Source: Octopus sinensis
Lineage: Eukaryota
NCBI RefSeq assembly: GCF_006345805.1
Contig: NW_021825710.1
Location: 248,001 to 312,000 of the forward strand
Direction of reading: 5' to 3'
Length of the DNA: 64,000 bases
In this document: piece after piece, positions 36,484 through 48,679 of the stretch
How positions within the stretch are numbered: position 1 is the first letter of the stretch
How the letters are laid out: every line of letters begins with the position of its first letter
Program-made: the position numbers and the translations under genes
The notes under the pieces: generated by a model
Databases searched by the model: none
Told to the model about the DNA's origin: nothing
Seen by the model: only the letters and a program-made list of their open reading frames with translations

Positions 36484-37343
36484 AAGACCTGCAGAAGAAT
36501 TTACCAAAAATGGACTTGAGAGTGCTAATCAACTCTGATCTTGAATAGCCAATGAGAAAACTTCCTCCGCATGAAATTAAACGGTCAGTTCTACCATGAA
36601 ATTAACAACTTAAAACATCATGAAGCATCATGATAACCTAATTATCACTGTCCAGGATCAGGCACTGAATACCAACTCCGTGAAAAGAGATATATACCAC
36701 ATAAGTGTAATGAACCACTGCAGAATGTGTGAGAAGAGGGTTGAAGGCGTGACTCACATTGTTAGTACTTGTGAAAGTCTTACACAGAAAGAGTACAAGT
36801 GCAGACATGACAAGGTGTCCCCAAACCTTCACTGGTTACTATGCCAGAAGTATGGATATGAGGTATTGGGTGCTTGGTACCAACATATGCCAGAAAAGGT
36901 AATGGATGAAAATGGAGAGGCAAAAATCCTCTGGGACTTTGACAGACAAGATATTAGAGCACCAAATCCTTTAGGAGGCACAAACAAGAGTGCCTAATAA
37001 TCAACGTGGCAGTGCCAGGAGATCAACATATCATGAAAGAAAGAGAAAAGATTGATAAATATGGAGACCTGATAATTGAGATTGTCAAGATGTGGCAGCT
37101 ACAAGAGTCAAATATAATGGTTGTCCCTACTGTCATCGAAGCATTGGGTTCAATACCACCCAACCTGAAGAAACATCTGGAAACTTTAGAAATACCCTAC
37201 AATCTAGGTGTATTGCATAAATCGGCATTACTTGGAACTTCACACATATTGCGTAAAGTACTGTCAGTCTGAGGACTTGACAGACAGTAAAAAACCCCAG
37301 TAGACACAGTACCTTCAATTAACATCACGATATTGAATACTGT
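36484..37343 (+). mobile_element. R4/Dong-like (RLE-type) non-LTR retroposon 3' end, copy 1
   Basis: QDQALNT, CCHC knuckle CRMC...HIVSTC, RHDKV, KILWDF, VAVP...KEREKIDKYGDL, SALLGTSHILRKVL*, ending in a (TAA)n tail. Confidence 0.88.
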
Positions 37344-37349
37344 GTGACA

Positions 37350-37695
37350 TCTTAAATAATAATCATCGAATTGAAAGAGTACTGGAGCTAGAGAAATGTA
37401 AGATTTTGTGGGACTTTCCTATCCAAACAGACAAGAAGTTAGAAAATAATAGACCAGACACAAGAATTATAGATGTGGAAAAGCAAAGTTCGTTACTTAT
37501 CGACCCATCATGCACATTTGATTCCAGGGGCATAAAGAAAGAGAAAGAAAAACTTGAAATTTGGAGCATGTGAAGAGTAAAGGTTGTGCCTATAATAGTT
37601 GGCAAGTTGGGAACAGTAAGCAAAGATATAGACAAATGGCTGAAGGAGATTGAAATAGAATGCTTGGTAGAGCTGTGAAAAAACCTGAGCCAAAC
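37350..37695 (+). mobile_element. RLE domain fragment of a second R4-like family, directly after the tail of copy 1
   Basis: RIERVLELEKCKILWDFPIQTDKKLENNRPDTRIIDVEKQSSLLID...VKVVPIIVGKLGTV read on the plus strand. Confidence 0.85.
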
Positions 37696-37721
37696 CAAAA
37701 TAAATTATAACAATAATAGTA

Positions 37722-37946
37722 ACTCTTTCTACTATAGGCACAAGGCCTGAAATTTTGGGGGAGGGGCAAGTTGACTGCATCAATACCAGTACTTAGATGG
37801 TACTTATTTCATTGACTCATAAGGATTTCATTGACCCTGTAAGGCAAAGTCAACCGCAGTGGAATTTGAACTCAGAATGTAGAGATGGATGAAATACCAC
37901 TAAGCATTTTGTCCAGCATGCTAATGATTTTGCCAGCTCTCCTTTA
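37722..37946 (-). mobile_element. SINE family B
   Basis: ttctactataggcacaaggcctgaaattttggggg ... gaatttgaactcagaa ... ttttgccagctc. Confidence 0.8.
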
Positions 37947-39253
37947 ACTATGACAAGAACAACAAACTGTTTCTAATATAAGCTTATAACCTGAAAATTT
38001 GATAAGGGAATTTGTCGGATAAAGAAAGTTGGAGCAAATGCTTTAACATTTCTGCCAATGAACTGCCTTAATAATTAATTTTAATATAAGCCCTGGTTGG
38101 AAATGAGATTAAATTGGCCCTAGCACTTGACTGGTGCTTCATTTTATCAACCATGAAGAAATGATAAGCAAAGTTGTTCTTGGATTTAAACTCAGAAGAT
38201 AAAGCTGGAAGAAATATCACAAAGCATTTGCAATTTTGCCAAGCCACTATCCTAAATAACAACAACTTCTGAAATTATTGGTGATAAAAGGTAGAAAAGT
38301 GTCTGGTATGTCATTAATGGATAACGCTCAACAGAAAAACTTTAGCAACATCAAGAATGCTTGTTTTTAATATTTTATTTAGCAATTTAACATCATGTGA
38401 CCTGAGAAAAATGCTACACACCCATCAGCTTTCAATTCTTGAAATCAATCACTCTGTGGTAACTAGTATATGAATTTAGTACTGTACTAATTATTACCAA
38501 CATAACAACAAGTAATAATTTGTGCAGAATATGTATATTTATAGGCAATTCTGTGTGAAGAACGAATAGGTCTGAAAGCAATACTGTACCAAGATTGTGT
38601 TGGTATGTTAGATAAGTAATAGAGAAAAGAGAAATCAAGAAGCAATTATAAAATAACATTAATAGAAAACTTCTTAATAATTGCAGCAGATTTATGATAC
38701 AATGTCATTGACCACTGCCTGGCTATTCTGCAGATTAAGAGCCAGAGATGTTAAAGATGAAACAGAGTGTCATCGTTTGTGTGGAAGGTTTATTGAAAAT
38801 GTGACAACAGACTGTGAAAGAAAATAATGGAATATAACAGAAACTTTTGTTTATAACTGATCAACTGCCAAGAAATTAAGTTCATTTTCTGATGCTGTGT
38901 TGATGGGAAAAATAATATTCAGTAACTTACAAATTATGATAATACAGATTGAATAAAGTAACTTACAAATTGAGTAAAGATTTGTAGCAATAATTAACAA
39001 TTTGGTTGACTTAACATAATAAAGGCTATGAAAAGAATTCCCGTCTTTATTTCATATGAGAACTTAAGTAAAAAAAAATATTTTGTAAGGTTATTTAGTT
39101 TTTCAAAACTGAGTGAAAATCTATTTTGAAACAGGAAAATTCTGAAAGACAGAAAAATGATAAAAGTAAAATAGAGTTGTAAAAGACTCTTGTTGAAAAG
39201 AAGTTGAACTAGTTTCTCATCTTTATGCATTTAGAAGGCAATAAATATAGCTA

Positions 39254-39425
39254 ATACAAGGGTCAGCTAAAACGTTCATAGGCTAACCAAAATACTCTCC
39301 TGGAATGTGACCAAATGAGGCTTATTTTCAACATAATCCCTCCAGTCAGTGTTGTAGTGCTTTCATCCAGTTGATCAAAAAAGTCATCAACAGCAGTTAT
39401 AGCGTCATCATCACTGCAATACTGG
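39254..39425 (-). mobile_element. mariner 3' end fragment
   Basis: Minus strand QYCSDDDAITAVDDFFDQLDE...GDYVE-like C-terminus followed by a TIR-like end and TA. Confidence 0.65.
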
Positions 39426-39589
39426 TTCTAAGCCAAGTTTATGTGTGTGTGCATATGTATGCTTGTGCATGCATGTGATCAATGATATAAGTGGTAATAA
39501 ATTTTAATTATTGACTATTGAATTTTGTGTAATGAAGTATCTGAAATATCAATAATTTGTTATATATATATATAGATATAAATTATCAT

Positions 39590-39995
39590 TCTTTTAAAGT
39601 CACTTTTCCATGCTAGCCAGGGTTAGATAGAATTCTTGGGGTAGATTTTCTACACCTGGATGCCCTTCTTGTCACAAACCTTCATCTGTTCCCAGGTAAA
39701 GTAATATTTCCCCCATGACCACAGAAGATTGGAAACAAATACTCCACTTGCATGACAGTGACACTCATTTACAATTATCATGTGAAGTCAAGGCAAGGAG
39801 ATAGTAACACATACACACATATATACACATATGATGGGTGTCTTTCAGTTTCCATCTATGAAATCTACTTACAAGTCTTTATTGAGCTCGAAGCTATAGT
39901 AGAAGACATTTGCCCAAAGTACCATGCACCAAGACTGAAACCAAAATTATGTGATTGAGAAGCAAACTTCTAACCACATAGCTATGGTTGCACCT
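39590..39995 (-). mobile_element. Chimeric SINE: family A head with an RTE-type 3' tail
   Basis: Family A head/core at 39830-39995. RTE tail motifs ttttccatgctagc and tttctac...ctggatgcccttc at 39600-39670. Confidence 0.65.
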
Positions 39996-42900
39996 ATATG
40001 TGTGTGTATAAGGACTGGCATAATAAAGACTAAATTAACAGTAAATTATATAGAACATTAATTATATGACATGCAGGGAGCCTGATTTCTTCAGTATGTT
40101 TCCTAATGCCTTCAACAATTAGAATCTACACAAATTTATAATAATAGATATATTGCAAATGTGTAAAATAACAACAATAAAGTATATGCTTAATATGTTT
40201 ATATGCATGTGTAAACACACATACACACAACATAATAAGGTACAGTTATTAATTTAAAGTTGCATCTCAAGTGAATTTCTGTGTTTTGATATGAACACTC
40301 TTCTAAAATATAGTTTGTGAAGAAAAAATGTAGATAAAGAATAAACTATAAGTTTTTAATGGCAAATATGGGGCAACATGGTATGTAATTTCTATGTGAG
40401 GCAAGTTTCTTGAAGTACCTTGAGGAGCTTATGAGTGAACATACATTTTGATAGATCTGTATTTATGTCAACAACTCCTTTCTACACTTACAGCATTTAT
40501 TCATGTATAATATACATTTGTATATAATGCATACTACTAATTTAGGGCTATGAAATTTGGAAAGAAATATCTTCCGCACAATACACACTGATTTTCTTTA
40601 GTATTTTAATGTATAGAAAAGGAAGTGCTTTGTCAGATTTATTAGAAATGAAAACATTCATGCATTTTAAATGAAATAAAAAGCAAATTCAAAAGTGATC
40701 TCTAAACATTAGTGATTAAAATTGACATTGTAACTTTGCTGACAAACACACAGAATTAGGAGTTACTGCTGCCAACCTTCAATATGGAAGAATGTAAAAA
40801 AAAACAAAAAACCTAAAACAAAATGTAAGCACATTCATTCTCAAATGCTTATTTTTAAACCACTTTTATTATGAAATACTTTCTTTCTTACATTATTTAT
40901 GCAAATAGTTACAATTCATTGTAAAAATTACAGTACTTCAGGAACAGAAGTATTTATTTCCTTCAGTTGTTGTTCATATTTTGATCATAATGGTATTTAT
41001 TATCCTTATTGATTATTTATTAAATTTAATCTTCTACATTAAGTAAAGTGAAAAGTATTTACATTCTAATAAAATGTACTTGCAAAACAGAAGCATTTCA
41101 TTCTCTGTTCACATTCAAATAATCAGATAAGAAAAGTATTTATATTTTTGATAATGAAAGCATTACATTTTGGTCTTCTATACAACACATTGATGATAGT
41201 AGTTTCATGGAACTCATGAGTGAGTTGTGCATCATTATTTTAACTCTTCATTATATATAAGTTAAGTTGTTCTTGATCATGCCAGCCCACTTAACAGGGA
41301 AACAATGATGGAAAACTGCACACTCCCAATAATGAAACTTAAAGATCAGGTAAAAAATACATATACCCAATTATCTACAATAATTAGCACAGGACAATAT
41401 GTGATCACACATATTTTACAAAGTTCAGGAAACTAGGTTGATGATTTATCACAATAATATTTTTGACAAATTTTATCGGCTTTAGAAAAACATTAGTGGG
41501 TTTTTAATACAGACCTTTGAGATATATATCTAATCTAATCTCAACAGTCTACATTAAACTTATAAATATTTACACACAATGTCTTAAATATTCCTCTAAA
41601 ATACTGTTCAAAGTGAATTAAAATTTTTGTTGACTAGAACTTCACCTAATGACTTTTTCAACTAGTATCTACTTATTGCAACAAATTTAGTATCAAACTT
41701 CATGGAACAGACATTAAACTGAAAATTTTAAACTAAAGTAACCTTTGTAAATCCATATTTCAATTTTCTTTATTGCTTCCACTTTTCTTGAATAAGTTTT
41801 ATGGCTTGCTCCCAAGAATATATCAGACTTTTCAGATAACAGACTTCAGTGATATCATATGTGAATGACTAAGAAAGATTAATTAAAACACTTTTGTCTA
41901 TAGAGATCATCCAAACAGTACTTTTCGTATGTGATATTCTCTGGTCATGTAGCCAATAACATATTTATATTCGATTATAGACTTTGATGTTGCCAGTATT
42001 TCTTAGAACCAAGCTGTTGCCAATATTAGAAACTAACTTATGACCAAATTTATTTAATCTGCTTCAAACTTGCTATTTCCATTACTGAAAGTTAAGAAAA
42101 TAATTGAAAAGGTCCCTCACTACCACCACAAGAAAAAAAAATCACAAAATTCCTAAGCAAGACATAATAAATAGTTAAGCTGCTTCATGTCATTAGAATT
42201 TTAGAATTCTAATCAGAGCATTTTATTATTCTAAAATACTTTAGATAGTATTTTAGAGTAATAAAATATAAATTATAATGATGTACCTGAAGAAGGTAAT
42301 AGAAATGAACAAATGCTCAATGTACCAGCCTAAACTTCAGCAGTCACAGCATCATTCAACAAATATTTCATTGACTCTTATGAGTATATTTTCAAGATGA
42401 ATGTGTTCTTTTAGCTTTATCTTTAGTGGTGCACTTAAATTTCTAAGTTCACCATCACCATACATAGAACACTAAAGTTTGGATGGCACTCCTTAAAATA
42501 ACATCCTTGTTAACCACAAAATTAACAATATCAAATTTATCTTCAATCTTGAAAACAAGATATTAAAATCATACAATTAGATACTTTCAAAAGAGTTAAC
42601 AAATTTGTTTTATACATAGCAACCATCCTAATTTTTAGCAAAGACAAAAATTTCAATGTCACTTGAGTGAATTACATAAAAGTAACAATGATTAACCAAT
42701 AACAACATTAAATACCATACATTCTCATTTATAAAAAGCAGAGTAATAGTTTAAGAGCTCAAAACAATAGGATATGATACAGAAATTTTTAATGGTATAA
42801 AAACTCTTGATAAAAAAGACTTTAAGATAGCTATTAGCTGACAAATTGTTGAAACCTCAAAAAGGAAATGAAAGATTAAAATGATGAGGAAGATTGTAAA

Positions 42901-43139
42901 ATGTTCTGTAGTTAACATTTTTTATTAGAGTATATCCTCTTAGATATGATGAAAGTTCTTACTCAATTGAGAGCTTCAGCAACCTCTCCAACAAAACACA
43001 ACTATAAAGGAGAATGAAATTATAAAAAAGATGGAAGTATCAGTAAAAAAAAATCACCAATAATCAAAAACAAAACAAATTTTCAACTGTTCTAAACACA
43101 GCAATTGGAAGATGCTGAATACAACAACAACAACAATAA

Positions 43140-43330
43140 TAATAATCCTTTCTATTATTAGCACAAGACCTGAAATTTGTGAACTCCAGTACTTGACTGG
43201 CATTTAATTTATCAACCCTTAAAGGATGAAAAGTCAACCTCAGCAGAATTTGAACTCAGAATGTAGTAACGTATGAAATACCACTAAGCACTTTTGCCGG
43301 CATGCTGATGATACTGCTAACTCACTACCT
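43140..43330 (-). mobile_element. SINE family B
   Basis: aatcctttctattattagcacaagacc ... gaatttgaactcagaa ... gctaactcactacc between AAC/AAT tracts. Confidence 0.8.
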
Positions 43331-43399
43331 TAATAATAATAATAATGATGATAATGATGATGATATATGAAGAGATGTAAAGGTGAATGTGGGCTGATT

Positions 43400-43610
43400 A
43401 GCATACAGGAGTGCTCTTTTTCTTGTCTTGAGACAGCATTCACCCGGGGTGGGTTGAGCTGGCTTCATTCATCCTCAATGCTGCATCTCTCACAAATGCC
43501 GACCAGACCTGGCGATTTGAGGCTAATGACCATATGATCTCCAACCACTCCCTATTCCAGCAGCGATCCTTCAAACATTCCATACAGGAGTGCATCAACA
43601 GTGAAAGAAA
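43400..43610 (-). mobile_element. 3' end of a second RTE-like LINE family
   Basis: W-S-LASNRQVWSAFVRDAALRMNEASSTHPG*, resembling RTE C-termini (W-x-x-L-A-x-D/N-R-x-x-W). Confidence 0.5.
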
Positions 43611-43638
43611 AAACATGGTGGAGTATTTGGTAAATAGC

Positions 43639-43684
43639 AAGCAAGACCTGCCACAGTATGCTGCTAATGTAGAAGGATTTACTA

Positions 43685-43719
<35 letters not shown>

Positions 43720-44700
43720 CAATAATAATAATTTCAAACAAGACCAGCTACAGTATGCTGCTAATGCAGAAGGATTTACCAAATATGGACTTGAGAGAGC
43801 TAATCAATTCCGATCACAAATAGCCAATGAGAGAGAAGAAACTTTACTCCACATGGAATTACATGGTCAGTTCCACCATGAAACTAACCACTTAAAACAT
43901 CAGGAAGCATCATGGAGGTGGTTCAGCAAAGGTGACCTAAAAAAGAAGACTGAAAACCTAATTATCACTGTCCAGGATCAGGCACTGAATACCAACTCTG
44001 TGAAAAGAGATATATACCACATAAGTGTAATGAACCACTGCAGAATGTGTGAGAAGAGGGTTGAAGGCGTGACTCACATTGTTAGTACTTGTGAAAGTCT
44101 TACACAGAAAGAGTACAAGTGCAGACATGACAAGGTGTCCCCAAACCTTCACTGGTTACTATGCCAGAAGTATGGATATGAGGTATTGGGTGCTTGGTAC
44201 CAACATATGCCAGAAAAGGTAATGGATGAAAATGGAGAGGCAAAAATCCTCTGGGACTTTGACAGACAAGATATTAGAGCACCAAATCCTTTAGGAGGCA
44301 CAAACAAGAGTGCCTAATAATCAACGTGGCAGTGCCAGGAGATCAACATATCATGAAAGAAAGAGAAAAGATTGATAAATATGGAGACCTGATAATTGAG
44401 ATTGTCAAGATGTGGCAGCTACAAGAGTCAAATATAATGGTTGTCCCTACTGTCATCGAAGCATTGGGTTCAATACCACCCAACCTGAAGAAACATCTGG
44501 AAACTTTAGAAATACCCTACAATCTAGGTGTATTGCATAAATCGGCATTACTTGGAACTTCATGCATATTGTATAAAGTACTGTCAGTCTGAGGGCATTG
44601 TTGTGACTTGACAGACAATAAAAACCTCTGGTAGATACAATATCTTGAATCAACTACATTACAATATTGGATACCGTGCAACGTCTTAAATAATAATAAT
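43639..44700 (+). mobile_element. R4/Dong-like retroposon 3' end, copy 2
   Basis: LHGQF...SWRWFSKGDLKKKTENLIITVQDQALNT plus the same CCHC and RLE motifs as copy 1, ending in a (TAA)n tail. Confidence 0.9.
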
Positions 44701-44714
44701 GATAATAAAACTTA

Positions 44715-46257
44715 ATAATTTTGGCACAGTAATCTACTTATGCCCGCCTTTGTAGGGGTGGGCATAGGTAGATTACATCAACTCCAGTGTTCAACTGGTA
44801 CTTATTCTATCAACTCCGAAAGGATAGCAGGTAAAGTTTACTTTTGAAATTAGAACATAAAGAACTATAGGAAATACCACTCAACATTTTGACTGATGCA
44901 CTAACAATTCTGCCAGAGTGTCATCTTATACTACTTCTAATAATAATAATCCTATCTACTATAGGCACAAGGCCTGAAACTTCAGGGGAAGGGAGTAGTT
45001 GATTGCATCAACTCCAGTGCTTGACTGGTACTTACTTCATTGACCCCAAAAGTATGAAAGGCAAAGCTGACCATGGTGGAATCTGAACTCAGGATGTAAA
45101 AATGGACGAAATGCCACTAAGTATTTTGCCCCCTTTGTGCCAATGATTTTCTAGCTTGCAGCTTTAATAAAGATAATAATAATCCTTTCTGCAAAAGGGA
45201 CAAGGCCAGAGATTTTGGAGAAAGGAGCTAGTCCATTATATCGACTCCAGTGCTCAACTGGTCCATTTTTACTGGCCCTGAAAGGTCGAAACCCAATGTC
45301 AACTTTAGCAGAATGTAAAGCCAAAAGAAATGCTGCTGAGCATTTTGTCCCGCATACTAATGATTTAATCAGCTTACTACCTAGTAATAATAATCCTTTG
45401 TACTAAAAGACACAAGGCCTCACATTTTAGGGGAAGGGACAAGTGGATTACCTCGACTACAGTGTTTCCTTGGTACTTAACCCTTCCGTTACTGTATTTA
45501 TTTTGAAATGCACTGTGTTTCTTTCAATTACCTTAAATATAACGAAGAATTTAGTAAAATAACTTAGTTATCATTAAGCTGTTGTTAGGAACATAAATTG
45601 TAACTAAGGTTCGGTGGAAGATTTTAATTCAAAACTTATGAAAGCAAGACATTTGTACTCAGAGCCAGAGTCCATTTCAGTCAGGTTGGTAGCGAAAAGG
45701 TTAATTTATCGACCTCAAAAGGATGAAAGGCAAAGTCAACCTCAGCAGAATTTGAACTCAGAATATAAAAACAGACAAAATACCACCAAGCAGTTTGCTT
45801 GGCATGCAAACAATTCTGCCAGTTCACCACCTTAATAATGATAAAAATAATCCTTTCTACTATAGGCACAAGGGCTGCAATTTTGGGAGAAGAGGCTAGC
45901 CAATTATGTTGATCCCGTTGCTCAGCTAAGACTTATTTTATGACCCCAAAAGGATGAAAGGCCAAGTCAACCATGGTGGAATTTGAACTCAGAACATAAA
46001 AATAGATGAAATACTGCTAAGCATGGTGTGGTAATGATTATGCTAGCTCTCTGCCTAATATTAATCCTTTCTTCTATAAGCACAAAGTTTGAAATTTGGA
46101 GGAGAGGCTAAGTCGATTTCATCAATCCCAGTGTGCAACTGAAAGAATAAAAGGCAAAGTCAACCATAACAGAATTTGAACTCAGAACATAAAGACAGAC
46201 AAAATGCCACTAAGCATTTTGCTCAGCATGCTGATGATTCTACCAGCTCACCACCTT
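44715..46257 (-). mobile_element. Head-to-tail array of six family B SINEs
   Basis: Units at about 44715, 44948, 45181, 45391, 45848 and 46062, each separated by short AAT runs. Confidence 0.88.
45481..45700. mobile_element. piggyBac-type MITE (220 bp) inserted in a SINE
   Basis: Imperfect TIRs CCCTTCCGTTAC / GTAGCGAAAAGG with TTAA at 45477-45480 and 45701-45704. Removing it restores the SINE motif ggtacttaatttatcgacc. Confidence 0.88.
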
Positions 46258-47274
46258 AATGATAAGTATGTGCTATGCTTGTTCACAGAAACGGCTTGAC
46301 AACCAGTGTTAGTATGTTTATATCCCCTTAAATTAACAGTTCAGACCAATAGAACAAGTGTCAAGCTTATAAAAAAGAAGTACATTCAAGGCAGTGCCCT
46401 AGTATGGCTGCAGTCTAATGAGTGAAACAAGCAAAATATAAAAGATAGAAAGATAATGATTACATAATTCCTAACTGATAAAGAATTGGGAATTAAGTGG
46501 CTTTATTTTTTTTAACTGCCAAAATTATTTATGTTTGTTTTCTATTTATACTGTATATATTACAAAAAAAATTTCAATATTAGTGTGAAATGCAAAATAA
46601 ACATCTTTGGGTTTTTCTTTGACTATTCATCCACTCATCTTCTCTACCCACTATTCTTGAGAAGGTTGTGGGGGCAGAGTCCTTAGGCACCTCCTCCACA
46701 GGGTCCAATCAGAATTGACTGTCATTAGACTCTCTGACTGGAATCCCATGCATAACCAACTGAGACTATGGATATTATACAACCATCTCATTATTAGTCT
46801 ACCCTAAGGTCTCCAACCAGATATCTCAGCTTGAGAATCTGTCTTGTTATTCTGGATCCCCTGCTAAACATAAATCACTCAAACATTTGGTAGAAGAGAT
46901 AATTATTTTCAGCAAGAAACAAATTCCTAAGTCAACTTTAAACTGGTGACTTATGAACCAGTAGTCAATACACCTCTCAGTGATGGCATCTTCATAAAAT
47001 TGAAAAGGAAAAACCAATATGAAAAATTAAAAATATAAAATAAATGGAAAGATAAATTTTCAATCATAGGTAAATCTTTAAACAAATGAAGCTATTTGTA
47101 AAAGTCAAGTGTTGGCTAAGTCCAGCGAGGTCACATTTTATCTGGCTTCCTGACTTTGATGAATACATCCATTTTTTGTCTTTTAGTTTTTGGCTCTTTG
47201 GTAAGTGAACAATAAAATTCAGTAATGAAAAATAAAATGAAATTCTCATTTTTATCATAGCCACAGTATTCATG

Positions 47275-47880
47275 TATCACTGTATTCATGGCCGACTTGC
47301 ACTTTACTGACCACACCACTGTACATGGCTTGGACAGCTCTAACAAGCCACTCCTCTACTCCTAACTTCCTTAGAGAGCACCATATAACAGAGCGAGAAA
47401 CTTTGTTGAAAGCTTTCTCCAGGTCAATGAAGGCTAAGTACAATGGCTTACTTTTGGCCAAGTATTTTTCCTGCAGCTGTGTCACTAGGAAGATGGCATC
47501 TGTGGTACTCTTCCTAGGTACAAAACTGAACTGCATTTCATCTAGTTTAAATCTATTCCTAATCAATTGAGCTATAACCCTCTCGGTAATTTTCATGACT
47601 TGGTCTAGCAGTTTAATACCTCTGTAGTTGTTTCTATCTAAGGCATCACCTTTACCCTGGTAGCAGCTAATTATAATGCTACTACAGCAATCGTTGGGGA
47701 TGGTACCTTCCTGAATAAACTGATTAACTATATGGATGACTAAGCCATATCCTATGCCACCGGAAGTTTTAATCATCTCAGCAGGGATTCCTGATGGCCC
47801 AGGGGATTTCCCAGTCTTCATGTCCTTAATTGCTTTATCTATTATGCTGCTATCAACTCTGATGGCTGGGTGTGCAAAAT
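47275..47880 (-). mobile_element. RTE RT internal fragment
   Basis: ORF 47270-47821: MKTGKSPGPSGIPAEM...NYRGIKLL...KPLYLAFIDLEKAF. Confidence 0.92.
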
Positions 47881-48106
47881 GGACATTCAGAGCACAGCCC
47901 TTTTGCCAAACTAAGTGTTACACACCACATAGCTAGTCTGGTTCGGAAGAAATGCCATGGGGTTTAATAATAATTATTATTCTTATCATTAAAATATTAA
48001 TACTAAATTAATATACATGTATATTTTAATTGTTAAATTTATTGCATAAGCAATATGAGGGGTCTGGCTGATATTGAAATGAAATTACATGTGATCTTGG
48101 CAACTA

Positions 48107-48665
48107 TTGGGTTGGTAACTAAGTTCCCACGTTTTTTAAATTTTGGAATTTATTGTGTTTTTAAATATTGCAATCTATTTTTTTCAAGAATTCTATTTTT
48201 GAATCATTTGGAATTTATTTATTTTTTTTTTCTAGTTAATTTTAGTTAATTTTTGTTTATTTTCAAATCATTAAAATGGAATGTCAAGTTACTAAAAACA
48301 AGCATTTTCGACACCGCCTTTTTGATTTTAATCAAGGTTCTAAGGCCGCAAAAGGTGCTCACAGCATTTGTGCTGTGTATGGAGAGGGTGCCATAGCTGA
48401 AAGAACTGCTCGTGATTGGTATGCCAAGTTTAAAAATGGAAATTTTGACCTCAAAGATGCACCTCATTCTGGTCGTCCAGTTGAATTCGATGAAGAGCGA
48501 TTAAACCAACTTTTGCACGAAAATTCTCATCAAACATCAAGGGAACCGGCAGAGAAAATGGAATGCTCCCACACTGCTATAGAGAAGCATCTTCACTCGA
48601 TGGGAAAGGTTCAGAAGTATGGAGCATGGGTTCCACATGCTTTAAGTGATAACAACAAAAAATCA
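48107..48665 (+). mobile_element. mariner 5' half (HTH region), truncated by a SINE
   Basis: TA followed by ttgggttggtaactaagttccc. ORF 48276 onward: WYAKFKNGNFDLKDAPHSGRPVEFD...WVPHALS. Confidence 0.9.
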
Positions 48666-48679
48666 ACAAGCAGTGGTGG

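Noticed and set aside
38686-38826. Plus-strand frame QIYDTMSLTTAWLFCRLRARDVKDETECHRLCGRFIENVTTDCERK after a cag
   Set aside because: Weak acceptor, no recognisable family and no partner exons; treated as a chance ORF.
46630-46800. Possible Rex3/Expander-like LINE 3' end
   Set aside because: The similarity is short and from memory only; insufficient to annotate.
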